Shown here: in pieces, positions 1 to 11,600 of the stretch
How positions within the stretch are numbered: position 1 is the stretch's first letter
How the letters are laid out: each line of letters begins with the position of its first letter
Translations under genes and position numbers: made by a program
Notes under the pieces: generated by a model
Told to the model about the DNA's origin: nothing
Seen by the model: only the letters and a program-made list of their open reading frames with translations
The model's database searches: none
NCBI GenBank assembly: GCA_964019425.1
Contig: OZ025791.1
Coordinates: 1,054,001 to 1,118,000 of the forward strand
Source of the DNA: Flectonema sp. DT1601
Lineage: Eukaryota
Length of the DNA: 64,000 bases
Direction: 5' to 3'

Positions 1-533
1 AGAACAACGCTGCTTCAAACAAACCAACACACTGGATTGATGAATCCACCAACTAACTGCAAGCTGCTTATTAATCTGTATATAGGACACAAAAGAGAAC
101 AACTTAACTAACAGACAGGTCACTGTTTGGAACAGATCACTGTTTCGACCTCTCAACATCCGACGAACAGTATCCAAAACAAAGAATCGTGGCTACCTGC
201 AAGTGTTAGCTACTATGAAGAATAATAAAAAAATAAAAAAAATAAAAAAAAAACAAGGCTTCCGATTGCTAATCGGTTGCAAAAGATTACCAGACGACTT
301 TTATTAAAAAGTCGAGAATTAGTAAAGATATAAGGAAGGAGAATATTGAAAAACCAAATCTTTTAATCATCTTTAACAATTTTGATCCGTGTAAATGCAA
401 ACTCATGTCCCTCAAATCCTTGGGTCTACACCACAAGAATCCTTTGATATGTCTTAAGCGACATAAATTACGGAGGGAATCACAAGTTCAGCTACCAGGT
501 GCTGATTTTTTCCTCAGTAAATAGGTTTGGTGA

Positions 534-2072
534 CTATGACGCCTGCTCCTCAACATAAATACTAGTCATCCACCAAGTGTTCACTGACAACGCAATCATT
601 GACAGCGTCAACAATGAAAGCGCTACAAACCCATTTTCACATGAGTAGTATGTTAACAATGCTGTGATGTAGAGTGCTGTCAGGCAAGTAAAAGCATGCC
701 AGAGACGTTGAAAACGATTCCGGACAGATATTCCCACCGAGGTACAAACCACAAGAACAACAAACAAGAAGAACACCAACCCATAAGTAGGAAAACGAGA
801 GGCTTGACAAGGCATAAATCCAGGGGAATCATACTGTAATGCCACAAGTAGGAATTGCAGCCAAAACGGAATACCAACCGCTGCAAAGGTAGCTCCATAA
901 CCAGCATCTCGAGTTCCAGGACTTGCGATCCAAAGCTCTTCGTGGAAAAGATGATAAAAGAATCGAAACATGCCAGGGGCACAACAAATAGTTCGCAAAA
1001 GAAAAAAACCATTACTGAGCAACATCGGACTGATGGTTGCGATCCATGGTACTACCCCTTCAGCTTTAATATTAAGAAATATAAAAACAATTGAAAGCCA
1101 GTATCCGAAATAAACGATTGTGTTAGTACCAGGAACTCTATGAGGGTTCATAAAACAAGAGTCTTTTTGACTAACTCCCTGAAGACGTTTTCTTACGCTG
1201 TCATCCCAATGAAGCCGAAGACGATAACTAGAAGCAGAATAGGAGATACCAACGAAGAAGAATAGCGCCAAAGAAGCTGCGAACGTTTGCATTGCTGTCT
1301 CTCTCATACTAACTCTATTTTGTTGGTCTACAGCGTATTCTAGTAAAAGAAGAACAGTCCCCGTAGTACTCAAGAGCATTGCACCCAATAATATAAATAT
1401 CCAAACTACCGCTACTACTTTATCGACAATCCAATCCATTTTATTAATCAATTTTGCTCTTCTATCATATTCAACACAAATCTTTGTAATCGCTGTTTCT
1501 GCATCATGAACTAAACTACTCATTGCAGTAATATATGCTTCACGGAATGAATTCACTGGTTTGTCTCTTGTTTTTATCGGAATAAATCCATATTTTGATA
1601 TACACCGACCTTTAATAGAAGTACCAGGAGACATTCTCACATCATGTTCAGTCATAGTGAAGAATAGTCTCTCAGTGTTATATGCTGGATAATATTTAAC
1701 TGACGATAGATAATTTCTTCTCCAGATATCGTCTGATGTGGCTGCTTGATTCCAACGTTGACATATTTCAGATGCTACCAAAAGACCTTCTCTCTTAAGA
1801 AAAAAACATATTTGCAATAAGCAATCTGACGGTAGTTCAGCGAATCCTGTGGGTGTCTCGACTACTTGTTCAGAGCTCATATTTTCACTTGTAACATCTA
1901 TCTGGCCAGGTAATAACCATGATGGTGGTGTCAAATGGAACGGAGGGATCGGAATTCCATTCAAATCACACGAAAGTGGTGGTGGTGGAGGTGGTGAAGG
2001 AACTTCACTACAACTGGATCTCGAATTGACTTCACCGTCTGGCACCATTCCTATAACACATCTATCCTCCAT
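534..2072 (-). CDS. F-box protein with C-terminal multi-pass membrane region (TMEM185/203-like)
   Basis: 512-aa ORF. F-box motif FAELPSDCLLQICFFL...ASEICQRWNQAATSDDIWRR, followed by several hydrophobic helices including PWIATISPM and FWLQFLLVALQYD. Confidence 0.8.
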   Translation of the reverse strand: MEDRCVIGMVPDGEVNSRSSCSEVPSPPPPPPLSCDLNGIPIPPFHLTPPSWLLPGQIDVTSENMSSEQVVETPTGFAELPSDCLLQICFFLKREGLLVASEICQRWNQAATSDDIWRRNYLSSVKYYPAYNTERLFFTMTEHDVRMSPGTSIKGRCISKYGFIPIKTRDKPVNSFREAYITAMSSLVHDAETAITKICVEYDRRAKLINKMDWIVDKVVAVVWIFILLGAMLLSTTGTVLLLLEYAVDQQNRVSMRETAMQTFAASLALFFFVGISYSASSYRLRLHWDDSVRKRLQGVSQKDSCFMNPHRVPGTNTIVYFGYWLSIVFIFLNIKAEGVVPWIATISPMLLSNGFFLLRTICCAPGMFRFFYHLFHEELWIASPGTRDAGYGATFAAVGIPFWLQFLLVALQYDSPGFMPCQASRFPTYGLVFFLFVVLVVCTSVGISVRNRFQRLWHAFTCLTALYITALLTYYSCENGFVALSLLTLSMIALSVNTWWMTSIYVEEQAS

Positions 2073-2083
2073 ACTACTAAAAC

Positions 2084-2546
2084 CTGAAATAAAAAATAAA
2101 ACTATTAATAATAATTAGTATCCATTATAAATACACAGCCACGCGACAATGGTTTGAAAGTTTTCCTATTTAGGGCATTTGATTACATTCCCAAGAGTGG
2201 AGTATCAAATCAAAATACCAGACAGCTGAAAGACAAGATAATAAGAGAGAGTAAGAAATCACTACATCACATTAGCGATGTGTGACGTAAGCAACCGGAG
2301 TTAGACGGTAGCTCTTCCCCCTCAGCAATGCAGGATGGCACGCGTGCCGATACTCCTATGATGCAAAGAAGCGAAGAAACAGAGGAAATAAAAAATAAAA
2401 AATAAAATAAAAACAAGAAAAGGAATGTAACTCTCACACCGAACACACGTTTCAAAATACAGAAAATGGCCGACCTTTTTTTATTTTTTTTTATTTTTTT
2501 TTTTTTTATTTCCTAAAAAAAGCCGTTATGTAAACGTGTTGCTCAC
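2084..2546 (-). other. Putative 5'-UTR cis-intron of the F-box gene, preceded by a 12-nt exon (2547-2558)
   Basis: Minus strand reads TTTTTTTCTAG|GTTTTTTACAAG|GTGAGC ... TACTAAT ... TTTTATTTCAG|GTTTTAGTAGTATG. Confidence 0.5.
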
Positions 2547-3144
2547 CTTGTAAAAAACCTAGAAAAAAAGTACAAAAATTTATTTTAAAAAAAAAAGTGC
2601 AAGCAAGAATGAGATGCTACAGCAACAATTAATCAAACCAACAGCTGCAACACCAAAAGCGGCTTTGCACAAAACACACAGGAAAGGGAAAAAAAAAAAA
2701 GGAAAAAGCAACGTGCTACAACTGAATAACGATTGGCTAAGTCGACCGTCAACGCAGAACAACGTCAAGGATCAGCGGAAGGCCATCAGAATTCGTAACT
2801 TGGCAAATACTAAAAGAAAAAAAAAATGCTTGTTTTGTTATTTTTTATTTTTTTTTTTAGCTTGTAGAATAAACTTTTTCAATAAAACGGGGAATGGGAG
2901 ACTAGATATTCAAGTATACCAACAAGGATAACCTAAAACATGCATAAATATATGTGGGAAGGGGGAAAGCTGTATTCGTTCTCTAAATATTTTTCTAATT
3001 GTATTTTCTCTTTTGTACGCAATCTGGGATGTACTTACAAAAAAGAAAAGAAGAAAAAAGAAAAAAAAAACAACCATACAACGGAAACAACGTATTTCAC
3101 TAATTCTTTTTTTCAGATTGGTCTACATTTTGGAAAACTAATAA

Positions 3145-5091
3145 TTACTGTTTTAATGATTCCCAGACCCGACGAGCGTCTTCAGCAGTAGTGGTCGACT
3201 TGAAATCACCACACTTTGGAAAGTTGTTTGGGATCACTATTTTAGATTGCATTTCAGGAGCTTCATTGATGACCATACCAAGCCCATACCAAACATGATG
3301 AGCCATATGACAATGTAGATGCCATAAGCCAGGGTTGTCAGCAGTGAATCTCACTACTGCATATCCTCCAGCAGGTATCGTAATTGTATCCTTAAGCGGA
3401 GGAAATGGATTTGTAAAGTTAGGTACAATTCCGTTAGCCCAGTTCTCAACAGCACATGCTGTACCTTCCTTACAACTTATATCATCATTAGCTAAACAAC
3501 TTGGATGTGGTTGTCCTTCTGGCCATTCACACACATGTCCTGTTGTTGTATTGTAAGGAGGATATCCCATATGAACAACTTCAAAGTGATGTCCATGTAA
3601 GTGCATTGGATGCATTCCATAACCATGTGGTCCGATATTCGTAACAACTAACTGTACTCTCGTGTTGTAAGGAAACGATTGCATATGAGTACAACTACAA
3701 GGTGTGTGATCGCACTCACTCGAACATTCAATCATGTCGGCTGCCTCTGGTTGAGACAGAGGCGGTGCTTTTGGTTGAACAAACCTTCTGTTGTTGATTG
3801 CCAATGGAGAGAATCCAAAATTCAAAAAGACTTCTTTATCAACCGGAACTGTACTCTTTGGTTGTGTAGAAGTCAGGGTGTGCACTGAGCGACAAACTCT
3901 AAAACTTGCTGCTGAATAAGATGGAAACGGACAGTTTAATGTAACACAAGGCTTTGTAGCAATACACTTACGAGGAGTAGTCGTTGGATCTTTTCCTTCG
4001 CGACCAACAACTGTTGAGTAACGGAGAACAGCGTAACCATTATGAGTAATACCTTCATTAGTAAGTAGTGTTTCAGCTCTAATCCAATACAAGTCAGGTA
4101 ATTGATTAAGGTTAACAGTAATATCATAAGTCTCACCAGGTTGTATTATAACAGATTCTACTACAGCCGGAGATACATCCATTCCATCAGTAGCAACCAC
4201 ATTCAGTTCGTGCTGATCGATTGATATTTTGATTGGATTTGCAAGTCCAGAATTCACAATCCTAAATCTATACTTTCCTGAAGGATCAACAGTGTAGGTA
4301 CTAAATGCTATTTGACTTCCATTGAATCTCGCTTTACCATTTATCATTAGTGATTTGAAAGGCAGTTCTGTTGCAAGTTTTCCAGACACAGTGCGCTCCC
4401 ACTTAAATGGGATTCCAGATCGTGGGCCTTCAGGGAACCAACCAGGACCTAATCTCTTACCATACAGATCCTCTGTAGACGTATGGTACCACAAATTAAC
4501 TGTCATTGGTAGGGATATTTCTGGAGTCGGTGGAGGGGTTTTTGGCATCACAATGAGGGGTCCAAAGAGTCCATCACTTCTCATAATTCCGTGATGGGCA
4601 TGCCAAAAATGAGTTCCTGCAGGTTCAGCTATAAACCTGTACTCAAAAGATTGTCCAGGTGATGTTGGACATTGTGTTATTTGAGATACGCCATCCATGT
4701 AATTAGTACCACGTTGATACATTCCATGCCAGTGAATAGTTACTGCATCATTCTGAAGACCATTCATCATTAATACGACCACTTCGTCACCCTCATCAAC
4801 AATGATACCAGGACCAGGTATGATTCCATTTACTGTTGGGACAGTACGGTAGTATCCGTCAGCTGTTGTTATTTTTGAGATATCCTCATCAGGTACTTTT
4901 ATTTCAATGCCTGGATCTCCACTATTCGCACTGTCATTGTGATAATATAAAACACCTTCCCTAGCATACGCTCGGTACTGACCATACTGCATCAACAATG
5001 TATTATGAACAGTGAAGTTGAAGTACCTCGTTGCTGCGAAGCACTCAGTGGCCAGCCCCAGCAAGAGGAGGGTGGTTGCCGTCAATTTCAT
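3145..5091 (-). CDS. Secreted three-domain multicopper oxidase (laccase-like)
   Basis: Signal peptide MKLTATTLLLLGLA. All four copper motifs are present: IHWHG, FWHAHHG, HPMHLHGHHF and WHLHCHMAHHVWYGL. Confidence 0.95.
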   Translation of the reverse strand: MKLTATTLLLLGLATECFAATRYFNFTVHNTLLMQYGQYRAYAREGVLYYHNDSANSGDPGIEIKVPDEDISKITTADGYYRTVPTVNGIIPGPGIIVDEGDEVVVLMMNGLQNDAVTIHWHGMYQRGTNYMDGVSQITQCPTSPGQSFEYRFIAEPAGTHFWHAHHGIMRSDGLFGPLIVMPKTPPPTPEISLPMTVNLWYHTSTEDLYGKRLGPGWFPEGPRSGIPFKWERTVSGKLATELPFKSLMINGKARFNGSQIAFSTYTVDPSGKYRFRIVNSGLANPIKISIDQHELNVVATDGMDVSPAVVESVIIQPGETYDITVNLNQLPDLYWIRAETLLTNEGITHNGYAVLRYSTVVGREGKDPTTTPRKCIATKPCVTLNCPFPSYSAASFRVCRSVHTLTSTQPKSTVPVDKEVFLNFGFSPLAINNRRFVQPKAPPLSQPEAADMIECSSECDHTPCSCTHMQSFPYNTRVQLVVTNIGPHGYGMHPMHLHGHHFEVVHMGYPPYNTTTGHVCEWPEGQPHPSCLANDDISCKEGTACAVENWANGIVPNFTNPFPPLKDTITIPAGGYAVVRFTADNPGLWHLHCHMAHHVWYGLGMVINEAPEMQSKIVIPNNFPKCGDFKSTTTAEDARRVWESLKQ

Positions 5092-5661
5092 TTTTTTTTG
5101 TTTTTTTTCCTTTTAGACGCTTACCTAAACAGAGAAATAAGAACAGTGGAAATTCAAATGAAAACAACACGGCAATTCCAACACAGTTCCGTTGTAAGAA
5201 ACCATCTACTCATAGTTGTGTCTGTATTGAAAGCAATAGTTACGAATAGGTTTCAGTTTTATAATAATTTCCAACTCTCTCTTTGGAGCACTTTTTAAGT
5301 TTAATTGTGTGCTGAGGAACTGACGCTGCAGTTGAGGTCAGTGTGACGCTCTGAGGGGTTGAACCCGCTGCCTGTATGGCAGCATAAATAATAAAATCGA
5401 AAATACGAAATCAAAAAAAAGGAAGAAAAAAAAAAAGTGGAGACTTAATACGATACGAAAAGATCTATGTTTGATATTCCATCAAAAGGAGTTGACATGT
5501 ATCGCTCCTAAAAAATACGGTCGCAATATGAGTTTCTTTCTCTCGCTCTCCCTTCGCACGTATTCAACACATTAAGCAAGATGCCTGTTACGACGTTTTT
5601 ATGTAGTACTACTACAGATGAGAAGAAAACTATTGAAAGAAGCATGTCGGTGGCTTGCGTA

Positions 5662-8600
5662 TTATTTCATTTCATGGCAGTTGGTCATGAAGTTATTTCC
5701 AACGTTACTCAAATGTGAGTTATATTGATGAAGTCCCTGATCTTGAACAATGGCAGGCAGATGAGTGGAAACCATCCCACTATGTGGAGTTGCGCCTACC
5801 GTCTGATCAACTGGTGCAGGAATAGATCCATCACCGCACGGCATCGAATTATCGAAATAGTTATTCGAATGACCATACTGATGTTGAGCAATAGCAAGTG
5901 GATGAGTGAAGACATGTGGGGATGTGATCATCTGATTACCTAACAAAGGAACGACCTCATTGGAATAGTTATTCGAATGAGATTGACCATCGCACTGGCT
6001 AAGCGACGTCACCGTATTCGGGAAAGCTGCTTCATGTGTCACACTCATCGTTTGATCAACTGCAGGAAAGACTCCGCTACTGGAAGGTGGGTTATAATCA
6101 ATGACTGAGGGGATCTCTTCCTTTCTATTATTATTATAAATAGGAGTTCCATCTGTTTGAGTGATGACCATCTCTCCACTCATCGTCTGGTTGACTGGCA
6201 GGGGAACAGTTTCACTAATTGAAATATCGGAATAGTTGTTTGAATGACTATGCTGACTAAGTCCCTGATCTTGAACAATGGCAGGCAGCTGAGTGGAAAC
6301 CATCCCACTATGTGGAGTTGCGCCTACCGTCTGATCAACTGGTGCAGGAATAGATCCATCACCGCACGGCATCGAATTATCGAAATAGTTATTCGAATGA
6401 CCATACTGATCTTGAGCAATAGCAGGTGGATGAGTGAAGACATGTGGGGATGTGATCATCTGATTGAGTGGTGAAGAAACGATTCCACTATTGGAAGTCA
6501 TCGAAATTTCCGGAACATTACTTCCAGTGTCCGATGCAGAAACCTCTTCCCTCATAATTGGAATGTAAGGAGTTGAGATGGTAGGAATCGAATTATCGGA
6601 ATAGTCACGAAATAGAACATTACTCTGATTATCTTGAACTGTGTCAGGGAAGTTATTTGGTTGTCTGAAGTTAACATCTGTCACGGGAAGACAATTTGGT
6701 AGATTACTAACGTTGTGATAATTATTAGTGTTTTCAATGTAGTTCACTGCTGCTATGCAGTCCACTGGATTTGATTGAGTCAACGAGGAATCAAAGCCCC
6801 CACTAAGAGAAGTACCACCAGAAGGTTGGAAATTCGTTTCACCGATCAACGATGCGTGGCCAGACAACGTACCAATTTCCACATCTCTAAGGACCTCATA
6901 TACTTCATAGGAAGTACTATCAACTATATTACTGTTAGGCTGGAGATAATCTACATTAGTTACTGGATGCTGTTGTTGCAAATACTGTGTGCCATCAGGG
7001 TGTGGGTAATATTCACTCTGCAGGACACAGGATCGCTCCTGGCCTACAGGAGCACATTGAAGAACCTCACATGACTGCTTCACGTGTTGGGTAACTTCTG
7101 ACATAAGAGGAACGTTATTAAAAGAAGGATTTGAGTAGTCATATCTACAATCATATTGTGGATTAGTAGTGTGCTGTATATTGTCTAACTCTACGACAGA
7201 AGACGTTTTGATGAAGTCTTGTTCAGGAATAGAATCAAACGTACCTAAAGTATCATTAGAACTAAGACCTTGTGGGCTATCAACACTTTGAGAATGAAGT
7301 GATTGCATACCATCAGAATAACGAACATTCATTGTTACTGGGTTAACTGTCTGCATTACTGATTGATTATTAACGCAGCATTCTGTTTGTTTCAATTTGA
7401 AGTCACAATCATGATTGAGAACAGGTTGTGTACTCTCAGGTTGTACAAAAACAGGTTGGGTAGAATACTGTTGAGTTATGGCTGTGGTATAAGGAATACC
7501 TACTTCAGGCCTTACATATTGACTGAACCGATTTGGTTCAAAAACTTCCTGAGGAGGTAAACTATGAATTGATTGAGTTGGTTGATTTAGCTCAACTTGA
7601 CCAACCTCCTGATGAGAAGACATATTCACGTCAGGGTTTACCATTTCTATATTATTAACTTGTTGCGTACTATTAGTAAACTCTTGTTTCTGATTATCGT
7701 ATCGTTCAGGAAGGGGATTAATTATATTTTGAGCTACCTGTGGCTGTAAATAATCAGGTTGACCTTTATTATGAATTAGTTCCAAAGGTAGATCTGCGCG
7801 CTGCATGCTGCCAAAATCATGAACAGGATATGATACGTTGAAAGGCAGCGGATCTCTGAAATCTCCAGATTGTGTTACTTGAGTTAAGACCTCAGAAGAG
7901 TGAGATGAAACCGTCTGTCGTATTTCATCTTCCGGTGCGATAGTTGCAACAGAAGGAAATGGAACTATTTGTTGATGAATGACTTCCTGAACGGCTGGTA
8001 CATTTATTAAGTGATTGGAATCATTGCACACGTTACTCCCTAATTGAGAATGATATTGAGGTACATTATCAACAAAAGGAAGTTCAGAATTGCTAACATG
8101 TGACGTCAGATTGTTGCTGCAGATCGACAGGCTATCTGGTTGCGTGAACTGCGTCACGTCTGCAGATACTATTTCTTGAAATCCAACAACTGGAGGAACA
8201 CAACTAACGGAAGGCACCTGGTAAGGCAGACTATTAGTTCCCTCAATTGTCTGAGTACAGTTCACTTCATCAGTGCGACTAATGTTACATAACGACAGTT
8301 CTTCAGGTTGTGTGTACTGCGCTACGCATTGATTGCTGTGTTCTTGTTGATCAATTCTCATTTGATTACCTGATTGAGTTTGATGTAAAGGTTTATCAAT
8401 GACTTCAGCAGGTTGATAATGGAAATCACTTACCTCATTACCGACATCTAAATTTACTGGCAGGGCACAAGTCACCTCAGTGCTGCATGTCACTACAGGT
8501 TTGCTGTCTTCTAATTGACCAACCGGATGTAGGCTGTCGGCGGAAAACATGCCTGCCTGTTTTACCAGGTTCCCAACTGCTTTTGGCGCACAGTGCGCCT

Positions 8601-11600
8601 CGTACTGACTGGCTGCAGGCAGGTCCCCAAGTTGATCATCTTTCCCTAATTGAGAATGATATTGAGGTACATTATCAACAAAAGGAAGTTCAGAATTGCT
8701 AACATGTGACGTCAGCTTGTTGCTGCAGATCGACAGGCTGTCTGGTTGCGTGAACTGCGTCAAGTCTGCAGATACTATTTCTTGAAATCCAACAACTGGA
8801 GGAACACAACTAACGGAAGGCACCTGGTAAGGCAGACTATTGGTTCCCTCAATTGTCTGAGTACAGTTCACTTCATCAGTGCGACTAATGTTACATAACG
8901 ACAGTTCTTCAGGTTGTGTGTACTGCGCTACGCATTGATTGCTGTCTTCTAGTTGAACAATTCTCATTTGATTACCTGATTGAGTTTGATGTAAAGGTTT
9001 ATCAATGACTTCAGCAGGTTGATAATGGAAATCACTTACCTCATTACCGACATCTAAATTTACTGGCAGGGCACAAGTCACCTCAGTGCTGCATGTCACT
9101 ACAGGTTTGCTGTCTTCTAATTGACCAACCGGATGCATGCTTTCCGCCTGTTTTACCAGGTCCCCAGCTACTTCTGCTGACTGGGAACTATGTACTTCAT
9201 TAGAGTGGTTTCTAGAGATTAGCGGTTGTGTGAGTGCTGCGGGTTTTTCTTCAAGTTGACTACTGACCTCTGCACGTTGGAAGAGCAAACTAGCTTCACT
9301 CGGTAATTTATTTATGTTGCCGTCACCTTCACTTAATAATTGTACGACACGATTTCCAGTTGGAGAAATACTAACAGATAAGTCAGCAGCTATGAGTCGA
9401 GTGCAAGTCGTTGGGCAAAGTGTTGGAGTTGAGTAGTTGACTTCGTTATGTTCATCAGATAGAAGTGCTGGAGAACAAACAGTAGTAAATTGACTGATAG
9501 TTGACTGTTGAAGGATCACATCCTCATCAACAAATTGATTAACTGAAATATTATTTAATACTTGATCACAGTCTGCAGTCACTATTTGTTCCATAGCAGC
9601 ACTCCTCTCTGTGAGATCAGCTGACAATGTTTCATGAAGTCCAATGCAGTCATTATTAAAGTGTGTGTCTTCCTTTACTTCATCTTCTCCTAAAGTAGAA
9701 GTCAATAGAAAAGGTCTAGAATAACGAGGACGGTTCCGAACAGGTATTTGTTGTGATGAGTGTTGAAGTAGACAATCCAGTGAAATCTTTTTAAAATACT
9801 CATGCGGATTAATAATTTTGTCTGGACAACTATTCGAAGAATACGACAACATCCCTGTCGGAGAATGCGGCTTTTCAAAACTATTTGACGCAAGCTGACT
9901 GTTATCAAATATCTCATCGACCTCTTTCTTACTCGATATGACTTTAGGTAAAGGGAGATTATTGCAGTATGAAGACCGATGGAGTTTTCTGATACTGGTG
10001 TGAGTAGCTTCTATTGAAGTGGATAAAAATAGAGCTCCGAACAGTGATTCAATGACATCTGAGTGTTTCTTTTCATTGCAATTGTCAGCCGAAAGAGTTG
10101 TGGACAACCTCGAACAGTCATCTTGTGAAATAATGTTATCGAATATTTGTTTTAAATAGGAATTCGAAGTCGCTGACTTATGCCAGTCATTGTATTCCTC
10201 AGAATTTCTATCTGAAAAAGATGAACAGATATCGAATGCTGTTGTCAGGTCAAGTACAGCATCGCCAACTAACTCCTGTCTTTCATAATTTAGGAGCTGT
10301 GATGCTTCTATTCCCTCACAAGTAAAAGTTCTTTCAAGTAATAATATATTTTGAAGTAGCGGATGATGCAATTCACCAAATAGATTCTCTTTAAACCAAC
10401 GACACGCCTCACCATTTGATTTTATAAAAAGTAATCTTCCTGATTGACACAATTCAGTAGTAGTTGTATTGTGTTTTATATCACATTCTGCATTAATAAA
10501 AGAATCGAGAGATGGTTTCTTATCATCAATAAAAGTACATTGCAGATGTAACAAATTACAAAATTGAACAACCTGATGATCATAAACACGCGGTAGGTTG
10601 TTTACTGATAGCAGCAATGATGTGTTTGGTGTTCGTTTGGTGTGTTTCCACATTCGGATATCAAATTTAACAAAGAAAAAGACATCATTCATATTATTTC
10701 GCTCGCGACGGATCTGTTGGAATTCTTGAAGGAGATGATCAGAACTATTTTCAGGCGGTTTTGGTATCTTTGTTCCCTTCCTCATCACAATAAGATAAAC
10801 TCCGTCAGTTTTACTGTCACATGTGTATCGACGTAATTTAAGAGTTTTAAGAAGTTCTTGAGTACTGAATACAACATAATTGGTAGATGCATCAACCGGA
10901 ATGTGATGCTCAAGACAATATTTGACGTGTTTGAGTTGTCTTGTCATTGCAGCTTCAGTGTGTAATTGGAATAATCGGTATGACTCAGCGTCAGTTGTCC
11001 AAGCTGACTTCCAAGATGCGTACAACTGTGTCGGGATATCTGTGGTGTCATTGGATATGTTTTCGTAGAATTCATTATTGTTTACTAAATCGTCGTTCCA
11101 GTTTTTGTGAAAGAATTTCGCACGAGCAGTATTATTAATTATGTCAATGTCAATAGTACTAAATGGATCCATTGACTTTAATGTCGAAGCAAGAGATTTA
11201 TCTACAGCATCATACGGTAATAATTCTTTCCAATCTGGTACCTCTTTCTCAATCTCCAAGATGTCGACTGGATCACAACTTGGAACTTTGCTACGTAGAA
11301 ATTTCATTATTTTTTTCCATATTCCTCGGATATCAATTTTTTCTTGTTGAATTGGCTTGTCTTCGATTAGGTTAAATTGTTTTTCAGAATGATTGTGTAA
11401 AAACTTACCAAGTGTATCAAGTAAACCTTCTCCGCTGGCAACTACCTTGTCGTCATGTAAACTAACAACCGTTGAGTTATTCTCAAGTACAAAACTATCA
11501 CTAAACTCTTCATTAAATATCGACAGAAATACTGTCGAGTGGAGTGCATTTTCCGCTTCAATAGCGTTTTCAAACCGTTTTTTTTTGTTAGGACTTGATA

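Noticed and set aside
5120..5140. AG|GTAAGC here and AG|GTGAGC near 61035, suggesting recursive or zero-length exons
   Set aside because: No room or acceptor for a downstream intron before the ATG; explained by an ordinary AG|G(T) acceptor preference.
5343..5385. tRNA-like GGGTTCAACCCC on the minus strand
   Set aside because: Only a T-loop-like fragment; I could not build an acceptor stem, D arm or anticodon arm.
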